Positions 1 to 9,441 of a stretch of DNA of 64,000 nucleotides are shown here, piece by piece. Each line of letters begins with the position of its first letter. Position 1 is the first letter of the stretch. Below the pieces are notes generated by a model. It had not been told where the DNA came from and made no database searches. It saw nothing but the letters and a program-made list of their open reading frames with translations. A program made the position numbers and the translations under genes. The DNA comes from an uncultured Anaerolineaceae bacterium (GTDB taxonomy: Bacteria; Chloroflexota; Anaerolineae; Anaerolineales; UBA4823), in NCBI GenBank assembly GCA_964354345.1, contig CAYGZL010000106.1:6170-70169 (forward strand), read 5' to 3'.

Positions 1-978
1 GTAGTCGCCTATGCGGATGCTTCTCAGGTGGCGGAAGCGATTCGTACAATGGTAGTCCGCGGCGCGCCGGCGATTGGCGCTGCGGCGGCTTTTGGGCTGG
101 CTTTGGCTGCACAGCATTCTACAGCAGTTGACTGTGCTGGATTACTCGCTGATTTACGCGCGGCTGGACACATAATTAAACAGGCTCGACCTACCGCGGT
201 TAACCTGGGCTGGGCAGTGGATCGGGTGCTGGCTGTGGCTTCGCCATTTCAGGGAACCCTCGTCGAGTTCAGACAGATTGTGTTGATGGAAGCCCAACGC
301 ATTGCGGATGAAGATGTAGAGATTAACCAACGCATGGCAGCCAACGGCGCGGTGCTGATCAACGACGGCGACACGATCATCCATCATTGCAACACAGGCG
401 CCCTGGCGACAGTGGATTACGGAACAGCTCTGGGTGTCATCCGCATGGCGCATGAGCAAGGTAAACGAGTGCATGTGTTGGTGGATGAGACACGTCCACG
501 CTTGCAAGGCGCCCGCCTGACCGCCTGGGAATTGACTCAATTGGGTATTTCGTATGAAATAATCACAGATAATGCGGCTGGTTATTTCTTGCGTTCTGGA
601 AAGGTACAAAAAGTTTTCTTCGGTGGCGACCGGGTTGCTGCCAATGGAGATGTTGCCAACAAGATCGGTACTTATATGCTGGCATTGGCTGCATTCGATA
701 ATGGCGTCCCGGCTTATTCGGTCGTACCCACATCGACAATCGATTTATCGCTCGAGCATGGCGGATTGATTCCGATCGAGGAGCGTGACAGCGATGAGGT
801 GCTGAACATCCAGGCGGCTGGAAAGCCCATTGCTCCCATCGGTGCCCGGGCGCGCAATCCGGCTTTCGATGTGACCCCCAGCCGGCTGCTGACTGCCATT
901 GTGACTGAGGTTGGAGTGATCTATCCACCGTATGTCGAAAACCTGGCTCAGGCTGTGCAGTCAGCCAGAAATCACTAA
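1..978 (+). CDS. mtnA: S-methyl-5-thioribose-1-phosphate isomerase (eIF-2B alpha/beta/delta family); 5' end cut by window edge
   Basis: Frame is open from base 1 (track ORF 28..978). Motifs [57 protein letters not shown] and NPAFDVTP are MtnA/e2B2 hallmarks. Confidence 0.9.
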   Translation, partial: VVAYADASQVAEAIRTMVVRGAPAIGAAAAFGLALAAQHSTAVDCAGLLADLRAAGHIIKQARPTAVNLGWAVDRVLAVASPFQGTLVEFRQIVLMEAQRIADEDVEINQRMAANGAVLINDGDTIIHHCNTGALATVDYGTALGVIRMAHEQGKRVHVLVDETRPRLQGARLTAWELTQLGISYEIITDNAAGYFLRSGKVQKVFFGGDRVAANGDVANKIGTYMLALAAFDNGVPAYSVVPTSTIDLSLEHGGLIPIEERDSDEVLNIQAAGKPIAPIGARARNPAFDVTPSRLLTAIVTEVGVIYPPYVENLAQAVQSARNH

Positions 979-1016
979 AAGCCGTAGTGGATGAACTCAC
1001 GAGAATGAGTAAAACC

Positions 1017-2021
1017 ATGAACATCCTTCTGACAGGTTCGGTGGCTTTTGATTACCTGATGACCTTCCCAGGCTATTTCAAGGATCATATATTGCCGGAT
1101 CACCTGGATTCGATCAGCCTGTCCTTCCTGGTCGATTCGATGGTGCGCCTGCGCGGCGGTATTGCCCCAAATATCGCTTTTACTCTGGCATTACTCGGTG
1201 GTCATCCGCGCTTATGGGCCACGGTGGGCGAGGATTTTGAAGAATATCGCCATTGGCTAGAGAGTAAGGGCATCGATACAGCGGGGGCGCGCGTGATACC
1301 GGGCGAATATACCGCTTCCTTCTTTGCCAATACAGATCGCGCCAATGCCCAGATCGCCAGTTTCTATCCCGGCGCAATGGCTTATGCCTGCCAGCTTTCG
1401 CTGACCGAACTGAAATCAGATCCGCCCGACCTGGTGGTTATTTCGCCCAATGATCCGGCTGCTATGAACTGTTACGTGGATGAATGCCAGGTCCTGGATT
1501 TTCCCTATATCTATGATCCCAGCCAGCAGCTTGTCCGTCTGGCGGGTGAAAATGTTCGCCAGGGGATATTAGGCGCCCAGGCCTTATTTGTTAATGATTA
1601 CGAGTTTGCCCTGGTGCAGAAAATGACCGGTATGCAATCTCAAGAGCTGCTTGAAAAAGGACAGGCTACCAGTTCGCGCCTGCCTGGGCGGGATTTCTTT
1701 ATTGTAGTTACGCGTGGTGAACGGGGCGCCTTTATCTACACTCCAACGAACACTTACCAGGTCCCGGTGGTTCCACCACACCAGATTGTTGATCCTACCG
1801 GTGTTGGCGACGCATTCCGAGGCGGTTTCTTGACTGGCTTTGGGCTAGGTTTGGACCTGGTAACCTGTGGTCGAATGGGTGTGCTGGCAGCCACCTACTG
1901 CCTGGAGCAGCGCGGTCCCCAGGGCCATTCGTATACGCCGGCAGAATTCGTGGTCCGTTTTCGGGAATACTTTGACGATCACGGTAAGTTGGACTTACTG
2001 GAGAATCGACCCGGTAAATAA
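1017..2021 (+). CDS. PfkB-family sugar/nucleoside kinase, probably adenosine kinase
   Basis: Track ORF 987..2021. The ATG at 1017 gives MNILLTGSVAFDYLM. C-terminal DPTGVGDAFRGGF is a PfkB signature. The gene lies between mtnA and ahcY. Confidence 0.75.
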   Translation: MNILLTGSVAFDYLMTFPGYFKDHILPDHLDSISLSFLVDSMVRLRGGIAPNIAFTLALLGGHPRLWATVGEDFEEYRHWLESKGIDTAGARVIPGEYTASFFANTDRANAQIASFYPGAMAYACQLSLTELKSDPPDLVVISPNDPAAMNCYVDECQVLDFPYIYDPSQQLVRLAGENVRQGILGAQALFVNDYEFALVQKMTGMQSQELLEKGQATSSRLPGRDFFIVVTRGERGAFIYTPTNTYQVPVVPPHQIVDPTGVGDAFRGGFLTGFGLGLDLVTCGRMGVLAATYCLEQRGPQGHSYTPAEFVVRFREYFDDHGKLDLLENRPGK

Positions 2022-2046
2022 GAATTGTTTACCAAAGCAAATTTAA

Positions 2047-3348
<1,302 letters not shown>

Positions 3349-3394
3349 ATAGCTAATTATTATCGGTAGCCTGAGCTGCGTTGTGTGGGTCGGT

Positions 3395-4501
3395 TTATGC
3401 CTCGTCTTCTTCGTAATCACCCCCACTACCGGCGTGGTTGCCAGTCAAGGGAATATCACCGCTCATCGCTTGCTGGCGAACAGCCAGTTCAATTTCATCC
3501 GCCAGATCAGCGTTGGTCTTGAGGAAGTCTTTGGCGTTCTCGCGCCCCTGGCCGAGGCGGATATCGCCATAGTTATAAAAAGAGCCACGTTTCGTCACGA
3601 TTTCCAGGTTGGTGGCTAAATCGAGCAGGTCGCCAGACTTCGAAATGCCTTCATTGTACATAATGTCAAACTCAGCGGTACGGAACGGTGGAGCAACCTT
3701 ATTCTTGACGACTCGCACGCGTGTACGGCTACCGACAATTTCCTGGCCAGACTTGATTGCTTGAATCCGGCGCACATCCAGGCGGACCGAGGCGTAGAAC
3801 TTGAGCGCCATGCCGCCGGAGGTGGTTTCGGGATTACCAAACATCACACCAATTTTCTGGCGGAGTTGGTTGGTGAAAATGACAGCAGTGTTGGTCTGCT
3901 TGATTGCCCCGGAGAGTTTACGCAGGGCTTGAGACATTAAGCGGGCTTGCATACCCATCGAGGCATCGCCCATATCGCCTTCAATTTCAGCTCTGGGTAC
4001 CAGGGCCGCGACTGAGTCGATGACCACCACATCCACGGCAGTCGAGCGAACGAGGGTTTCGGTAATTTCCAGCGCCTGTTCGCCTGTGTCGGGTTGGGAG
4101 ATATACAGGCTGTCTACATTCACACCACACCGGCTGGCATAAGCCGGGTCGAGGGCGTGTTCCATATCGATATACGCGCAGGTGCCGCCTTTTTTTTGCG
4201 CTTCAGCCACAATGTGCTGGCAAATCGTGGTTTTGCCAGATGACTCAGGTCCATAGATCTCTGTGATCCGGCCGCGCGGGATGCCGCCTACACCGAGGGC
4301 AATATCCAACGAAAGGGCGCCAGTGGGAATTGCTTCCACCAGCAGTTGATGGGCTTCACCCAGACGCATGATTGACCCATCGCCATAACGCTTGACAATA
4401 TCACCCAACGCTCTGTCTAAGGCTACTCGCCTTGAATTATCTAATGGATCATTCGGAGTTGGGAGGGGAGTTGGAGTGTTTGGGCTAATTTTCCTGGGCA
4501 T
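3395..4501 (-). CDS. recA: Recombinase RecA
   Basis: Walker [10 protein letters not shown], plus [39 protein letters not shown] and an acidic C-terminal tail. The ATG at 4501 is preceded by RBS GAAGGAGA. The upstream in-frame extension to 4567 lacks an RBS. Confidence 0.95.
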   Translation of the reverse strand: MPRKISPNTPTPLPTPNDPLDNSRRVALDRALGDIVKRYGDGSIMRLGEAHQLLVEAIPTGALSLDIALGVGGIPRGRITEIYGPESSGKTTICQHIVAEAQKKGGTCAYIDMEHALDPAYASRCGVNVDSLYISQPDTGEQALEITETLVRSTAVDVVVIDSVAALVPRAEIEGDMGDASMGMQARLMSQALRKLSGAIKQTNTAVIFTNQLRQKIGVMFGNPETTSGGMALKFYASVRLDVRRIQAIKSGQEIVGSRTRVRVVKNKVAPPFRTAEFDIMYNEGISKSGDLLDLATNLEIVTKRGSFYNYGDIRLGQGRENAKDFLKTNADLADEIELAVRQQAMSGDIPLTGNHAGSGGDYEEDEA

Positions 4502-4539
4502 GGTATAGTTTCTCCTTCTGTCAGATGATGATTGGGATA

Positions 4540-4567
4540 AGTTTAGCACAAGCGTTCTATTTGTCAA
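4540..4567 (-). promoter_or_regulatory. recA promoter with a Cheo-type LexA (SOS) box in the spacer
   Basis: Minus strand reads TTGACA (plus 4562-4567), a 16-nt spacer, then TGcTAAACT (-10 at plus 4540-4545). The spacer contains AGAACGCTTGTGCT (plus 4545-4558), which is GAAC-N4-GTGC, one mismatch from GAAC-N4-GTTC. Confidence 0.5.
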
Positions 4568-4624
4568 GGGCAGAGATATTCTGAATATTTTTTAAACTCG
4601 AAAATACATGTATCTTACAGGGTT

Positions 4625-4670
4625 ATTAAAAAATAGGGTGTTCTTTTCAGCAGGGCTGGAAAGAACACCC
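4625..4670 (-). terminator. Intrinsic terminator downstream of degV
   Basis: On the minus strand, GGGTGTTCTTT (4670-4660) pairs with AAAGAACACCC (4646-4636) over a 13-nt loop. It is followed by TATTTTTTAATAACC. Confidence 0.7.
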
Positions 4671-4689
4671 AGTAATTCTTCCTGAAGAA

Positions 4690-5538
4690 TTACATACCAG
4701 CCAGGTAGGCCAGGCCAACTGTGCCTGGCCCGGCGTGGGTGCCAATCACCGGGCTGACTTCGGCCAGGATTGACTCTACGGCATTGAACTTTTGACCAGC
4801 TTCCTTAAGTAGTTGAAGAGCATCTTCCAGTGCGTTGGCATGCAAGGTTGCCAGGTGCACCGGAGTGCGTCCGTTAATTCTTTCGCCAATCAGTTCCACC
4901 AGGCGGCTGATGGATTTCTTGCGCGTGCGTACCCGTTCCAACGCCTCGATACGACCTCCCCTCACCTCAAGGATCGGCTTGATGTTTAACGCCGTACCTA
5001 GAAAGCGGCTACCACCACCGATCCGACCGCCGCGGTGGAGAAATTCAAGCGTGTCTACTGCAAAAACGACGCCAACATTATCGCGGGTTCTTTCGGCCAG
5101 GGCTTTACATTCTACCAAATTGGCGCCCTGCGCTGCAGCTCGAGCCACCAGTAGAACCTGGAAACCCATTGCCATGGCGGTAGTATTTGAGTCAAAAATT
5201 TCTATCGGAGCCTGGGGATATGCTTCTTTTGCCTGGATGGCTGAAGCAATGGTTCCAGAAAGGGTATTGGCAATGAGAATAGCCAGGATGTCATACCCCT
5301 CGTTGAGTAGATCACCGAAGATCGTAAGGAAATCTTTGGGCAACACCTGTGAGGTGGATGGCATCACCTTGGTATTTTTCAAGCGGGCGTAAAATTCAGA
5401 GGGTTGTATATCAATCCCATCCCGGAAGGTTTCGTTGCCCCATATTAATACCTGAGGCGCGACGGCAATCTTATATTGATCCAGGATATCTTTTGGGATA
5501 TAGGCAGTGCTGTCAGTGACGATAGCCACTTTTGACAT
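4690..5538 (-). CDS. DegV-family fatty-acid-binding protein
   Basis: N-terminus MSKVAIVTDSTAYIP, STSQ, and a C-terminal pattern GTHAGPGTVGLAY typical of the DegV/EDD fold. RBS AAGGAGG upstream. Confidence 0.85.
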   Translation of the reverse strand: MSKVAIVTDSTAYIPKDILDQYKIAVAPQVLIWGNETFRDGIDIQPSEFYARLKNTKVMPSTSQVLPKDFLTIFGDLLNEGYDILAILIANTLSGTIASAIQAKEAYPQAPIEIFDSNTTAMAMGFQVLLVARAAAQGANLVECKALAERTRDNVGVVFAVDTLEFLHRGGRIGGGSRFLGTALNIKPILEVRGGRIEALERVRTRKKSISRLVELIGERINGRTPVHLATLHANALEDALQLLKEAGQKFNAVESILAEVSPVIGTHAGPGTVGLAYLAGM

Positions 5539-5660
5539 AAAATGAGTCCTCCTTTGAAAGAATGATTAGAAAAAATTGCCGATTGTATCGTTAATAAGGT
5601 TAAACCCTTAATGATCTAAATAGTTTCTTCACGTAATTCTTTTTTCATTATACATAATCC

Positions 5661-5689
5661 TTGACCATTGCTTGCTTCCGGGCTAAAAT
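5661..5689 (+). promoter_or_regulatory. Sigma-70-like promoter of ffh; the transcript is probably leaderless
   Basis: TTGACC (5661-5666), a 17-nt spacer, then TAAAAT (5684-5689). The ffh ATG at 5698 is 8 nt after the -10 and has no Shine-Dalgarno sequence. Confidence 0.5.
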
Positions 5690-5697
5690 GCAGTGCT

Positions 5698-7020
5698 ATG
5701 TTTGAAAACCTGACCGAACGATTAAATGCCGTTTTTACTGGCCTGCGCCGGCGCGGAAAACTATCCGAGTCAGATGTGGATGCCGCGATGCGCGAGGTAC
5801 GCCTGGCGTTGCTGGAAGCGGATGTCAACTACGGCGTCGTCAAAGATTTTGTCGGACGTGTGCGCCAACGTGCCATCGGCGCTGAGGTATCCAAGGCTTT
5901 GAATCCTGGGCAGCAGGTGATCAAGATCGTCAACGAGGAATTGATCGCCACGTTGGGGACGCCAGAGCGGTTGAACCTGAGCGGAGCCAAACCGCGCACG
6001 ATTATGCTCGTCGGTTTACAAGGGTCGGGGAAGACGACCGCAGCCGGTAAGATTGGGCGGTATTTGCGTTCGCAGGGGGAGCGTGTCTTGTTAGTCGCTG
6101 CAGATCCTTACCGTCCGGCAGCTATACGCCAGTTGGAAACATTGGGTGAACGGCTAAATATCCCGATCCACACCGAACCCGGTGTTATACCACCGCAGCT
6201 GGCTGAGAATGCAGTTGACAGAGCCCAAAAAGGCGGTTTTACAGTAGTGATCTTAGATACCGCCGGACGTTCCCAACTGGATGAGGCTTTGATGAGCGAA
6301 TTGCGCGCCATCCATAACCGGGTTACTCCTGCCGAAGTGTTGCTGGTAGTTGATGCAATGATCGGGCAGGAATCAGTAAACATCGCCAAAGGCTTTCGGG
6401 ATGTGATTCCATTGACCGGCCTGGTTCTGACAAAGATGGATGGTGACGCACGCGGAGGGGCGGCTATCTCGATCCGTGCAGTGACTGGAGTGCCGATAAA
6501 ATTTTTAGGCACTGGTGAAGCTTTGGAAGCACTGGAAGTGTACGATCCAGGGCGGTTATCCAATCGCATCTTGGGGATGGGCGACCTGCTTGGGCTGATC
6601 GAAAAAGCTGAAGCAGCCTATGATGAAAAAGTCGCCCGGGTACAGGCCGAAAAACTCATGGCGGGCGAGTTTACCCTGGAAGACTTCGCCAACCAGCTAC
6701 GTCAATTGCGTAAGATGGGGCCTTTGGGTCAAATCCTGGAAATGCTTCCGGGTGGGATGGGCCAAATGGCCCGTCAGATCTCGCCGCAAGAAGCGGAAAA
6801 GCAATTTAATGTCACTGAGGCGATCATTAATTCCATGACGCCCATGGAACGGCGGAAACCCGATATCTTAAATGCCTCGCGTCGCCGGCGGATTGCCCGC
6901 GGCTCGGGAACAGAAGTTCAGGATGTAAACCGCTTGATAAAACAGTATCGTGATGCACAGAAGTTGTTTAAAACATTGAAAAAATCCGGCATGCGTGGCT
7001 TGCCACGTATGTTAGGCTAG
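5698..7020 (+). CDS. ffh: Signal recognition particle protein Ffh
   Basis: MFENLTERLNAVFTGLRRRGKLSE, GTPase GLQGSGKTTAAGK / DTAGR / TKMDGD, and a Met-rich M domain (MLPGGMGQM). Confidence 0.95.
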   Translation: MFENLTERLNAVFTGLRRRGKLSESDVDAAMREVRLALLEADVNYGVVKDFVGRVRQRAIGAEVSKALNPGQQVIKIVNEELIATLGTPERLNLSGAKPRTIMLVGLQGSGKTTAAGKIGRYLRSQGERVLLVAADPYRPAAIRQLETLGERLNIPIHTEPGVIPPQLAENAVDRAQKGGFTVVILDTAGRSQLDEALMSELRAIHNRVTPAEVLLVVDAMIGQESVNIAKGFRDVIPLTGLVLTKMDGDARGGAAISIRAVTGVPIKFLGTGEALEALEVYDPGRLSNRILGMGDLLGLIEKAEAAYDEKVARVQAEKLMAGEFTLEDFANQLRQLRKMGPLGQILEMLPGGMGQMARQISPQEAEKQFNVTEAIINSMTPMERRKPDILNASRRRRIARGSGTEVQDVNRLIKQYRDAQKLFKTLKKSGMRGLPRMLG

Positions 7021-7050
7021 AATGCTAGAATTTTGAAGGAGAATGTGTGT

Positions 7051-7437
7051 ATGGTTCGTATTCGCTTACGCCGTGTTGGAGCCAAGGCTCAACCTAGTTA
7101 TCGTGTCGTGGCTGCAAATAGGGAAGCCCCGCGCGATGGACGTTTTAACGAAATTTTGGGTTTCTACAATCCTCGCACGCAACCGGCAACGATTGAGTTG
7201 GATGAGGCGCGCATCTATGATTGGTTGAGCAAAGGCGCCCAACCGAGCGATTCGGTAGTCAGCCTTTTCAAAACCATCGGCCTGTTAGAACGCTTTGAGC
7301 GTCTTAAAAAAGGCGAAGCCTTAGATGTTTTGGTTGCCGAAGCGAAGGCTGTTCAAGCAGCTCGTATAATTAATCCAAGAACAGAACGGACAGGCGCTGC
7401 TAAGAAAAGCACCAAGGGCCAATCTGCGAAGGAGTAA
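7051..7437 (+). CDS. rpsP: 30S ribosomal protein S16, with a C-terminal extension of about 45 aa
   Basis: MVRIRLRRVGAKAQPSYRVVAA..GFYNP. RBS GAAGGAG upstream of ATG 7051. Confidence 0.9.
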   Translation: MVRIRLRRVGAKAQPSYRVVAANREAPRDGRFNEILGFYNPRTQPATIELDEARIYDWLSKGAQPSDSVVSLFKTIGLLERFERLKKGEALDVLVAEAKAVQAARIINPRTERTGAAKKSTKGQSAKE

Positions 7438-7458
7438 GTCCTGGTTAAGGACATAGCT

Positions 7459-7695
7459 ATGAAAGAGTTAATCGAGTTCATCGCCACCTCGTTAGTGGAC
7501 GATCCGACTCAGGTGCAGGTCAGCCAGGAGAGACATGGCGCTCAAATTATTCTCAAGCTTCATGTAGCTAAAGAGGATATGGGTAGGATCATCGGTAAGA
7601 GCGGTCGGGTGGCTAATGCGATGCGGGTCTTATTGCGTGTCACAGCCGCACAAGATGGTAAGCGCGCCATTTTAGATATCACTGAGCCTGAATGA
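7459..7695 (+). CDS. KH-domain RNA-binding protein (YlqC/UPF0109 type)
   Basis: 78 aa with the KH GXXG motif IGKSGRVANAMR. It occupies the conserved position between rpsP and rimM. Confidence 0.8.
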   Translation: MKELIEFIATSLVDDPTQVQVSQERHGAQIILKLHVAKEDMGRIIGKSGRVANAMRVLLRVTAAQDGKRAILDITEPE

Positions 7696-8258
7696 TCCCG
7701 GCTGATCATCCATCCACTAACCAGGACTCCCCAGGCGGGGGGTCATCTGGCGCGCCAGTTTACTTGATGGTTGGGAAGCTGCGCCGGCCGCATGGTATCC
7801 GCGGTGAAATGCAGATGGAGGTACTCACGGACTTCCCCGAACGATTGCAGGTTGGTGTGCAGGTCCTGGTGGGCGAGAGCCACATACCCCTGCGCATTCG
7901 TAGCCAGCGTTGGCACAACCAGGTGTTGCTGCTGGCTTTTGAGGGCCTGAAAACACCAGAAGCCGGGGGAGAGTTTCGCAACCAATTTGTTTATGTGCTT
8001 GCTGAGGATCGCCCGTCCTTACCAGAAGGTGAATATTATCATCACCAGTTGCTTGGGTTAACCGTTGTAAACGAAGATGGTCAACGACTGGGGAAATTAG
8101 AAGAAATCCTGACTACCGGAGCGAACGATGTGTATCTCGTTCGTCTGGATAACGGCTCAGAGTTACTCCTTCCGGCAATCCACGAGGTCATTCTGGAAAT
8201 CAACCTGGAGCAGAGCCAAATGAAAGTCCACCTTCTGCCAGGTTTACAGTCCGAATAA
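7692..8258 (+). CDS. rimM: 16S rRNA processing protein RimM
   Basis: VGKLRRPHGIRGEM..VLTDFPERL and a PRC-barrel C-terminal half. ATGA overlap with the KH gene. An alternative start at 7767 is possible. Confidence 0.85.
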   Translation: MIPADHPSTNQDSPGGGSSGAPVYLMVGKLRRPHGIRGEMQMEVLTDFPERLQVGVQVLVGESHIPLRIRSQRWHNQVLLLAFEGLKTPEAGGEFRNQFVYVLAEDRPSLPEGEYYHHQLLGLTVVNEDGQRLGKLEEILTTGANDVYLVRLDNGSELLLPAIHEVILEINLEQSQMKVHLLPGLQSE

Positions 8259-8279
8259 ATGGACGAGGGGTAGTTGGCG

Positions 8280-9416
8280 ATGAGCGATCCCCGGGCGTAT
8301 TGGGTTGGTTTTAATCTCGTCAAAGGGATCGGCGCAGCGCGTATGCGGTCTCTTCTGGATACTTTTGGTGATGCTCAAGCGGCCTGGGAAGCTCCGGCAG
8401 AGATGTTGAAAGCCGCTGGTTTGGGGCCGAAACTGTTAAACAATTTTCTCCACGTTCGGGCGGATGTATCGCTGGACCAGGTGATGGAGCGCATCCAGGC
8501 GTTGGGGATTACAGTGTTGACCTGGGAGGATGAAGGCTACCCGCGCCGCCTGCAAGAAATTGACCAACCTCCGCCGGTGCTTTATGAACGTGGTCAGATG
8601 CTCCCTGCGGATGAGTTTGCGGTGGCGATTGTTGGCACCCGGCGGATTACCTCCTATGGTCGCCAGGCGACGGAAGAAATTGCCGGAACGCTGGCGCGCA
8701 ATGGAATCACGATTGTCAGTGGATTGGCGCGAGGCGTGGATGCGATCGCTCATCAGGCAGCCTTGAATGCTGGCGGACGAACTCTGGCTGTTTTGGGTAA
8801 TGGAGTGGATGTTGTTTACCCGCCAGAAAACCGGCGTCTGGCTGAACAAGTGATCGAACAAGGCGCATTGGTTAGCGATTATGCTCCAGGCACCTCGCCT
8901 GATGCTGCCAATTTTCCCCCACGAAACCGGATTATCTCCGGTTTGGCGCGAGCGGTGATTGTTGTCGAAGCTGGCGAAACAAGCGGCGCCTTGATCACGG
9001 CTGGGTTTGCGGCAGAACAAGGGCGCGAGGTTTTTGCCGTACCGGGCAATATTTTCGCTGTCCAAAGTAAGGGTACTAACCGCCTGATCCGCGATGGCGC
9101 TCATCCTTTACTCGATTGTCAGGATGTGCTTGAAACTTTGAACCTGGAGATGGTCAGCGAACACCGATCTGCCCGGGCAGTATTGCCGACCGATATCCTG
9201 GAAGAACAACTATACCGTTTACTTAGCCAGGAACCCTTGCATGTGGATGAGATACGGGCGCGGGCTGATTTACCCATTGAGAAAGTGTCTTCCACCCTGG
9301 CTTTGATGGAGTTGAAAGGTTTTGTCCGCCAGGTGGGTGGGATGAATTATGTAGCGGTGCGCGAGCCGACCGCACAATATGAAATTGAAGGTCAGAACGA
9401 TAAGGGGGTAACCTGA
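8280..9416 (+). CDS. dprA: DNA processing protein DprA (Smf)
   Basis: Rossmann-like core AIVGTRRITSYG..IVSGLARGVDAIAHQAAL..NFPPRNRIISGL, with a C-terminal winged-helix-like tail. RBS GAGGGG lies 9 nt before ATG 8280. Confidence 0.9.
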   Translation: MSDPRAYWVGFNLVKGIGAARMRSLLDTFGDAQAAWEAPAEMLKAAGLGPKLLNNFLHVRADVSLDQVMERIQALGITVLTWEDEGYPRRLQEIDQPPPVLYERGQMLPADEFAVAIVGTRRITSYGRQATEEIAGTLARNGITIVSGLARGVDAIAHQAALNAGGRTLAVLGNGVDVVYPPENRRLAEQVIEQGALVSDYAPGTSPDAANFPPRNRIISGLARAVIVVEAGETSGALITAGFAAEQGREVFAVPGNIFAVQSKGTNRLIRDGAHPLLDCQDVLETLNLEMVSEHRSARAVLPTDILEEQLYRLLSQEPLHVDEIRARADLPIEKVSSTLALMELKGFVRQVGGMNYVAVREPTAQYEIEGQNDKGVT

Positions 9417-9441
9417 TCTTTGTTACAGGAGGTATGGTTCA

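Noticed and set aside
3383-3619. 78-aa plus-strand ORF at the recA 3' end, and other 60-90-aa ORFs listed in the track.
   Set aside because: These are antisense or out-of-frame overlaps with strongly supported genes. None has an RBS or a recognisable motif.
4190-4197. Homopolymer runs as phase-variation switches: T8 (A8 on the coding strand) inside recA, and C7 runs at 34691-34697 and 44044-44050.
   Set aside because: The recA run encodes the conserved QKKGG segment and the C7 runs encode IPPF in permeases. All genes are intact and the runs are short. There is no evidence of frameshifted copies.
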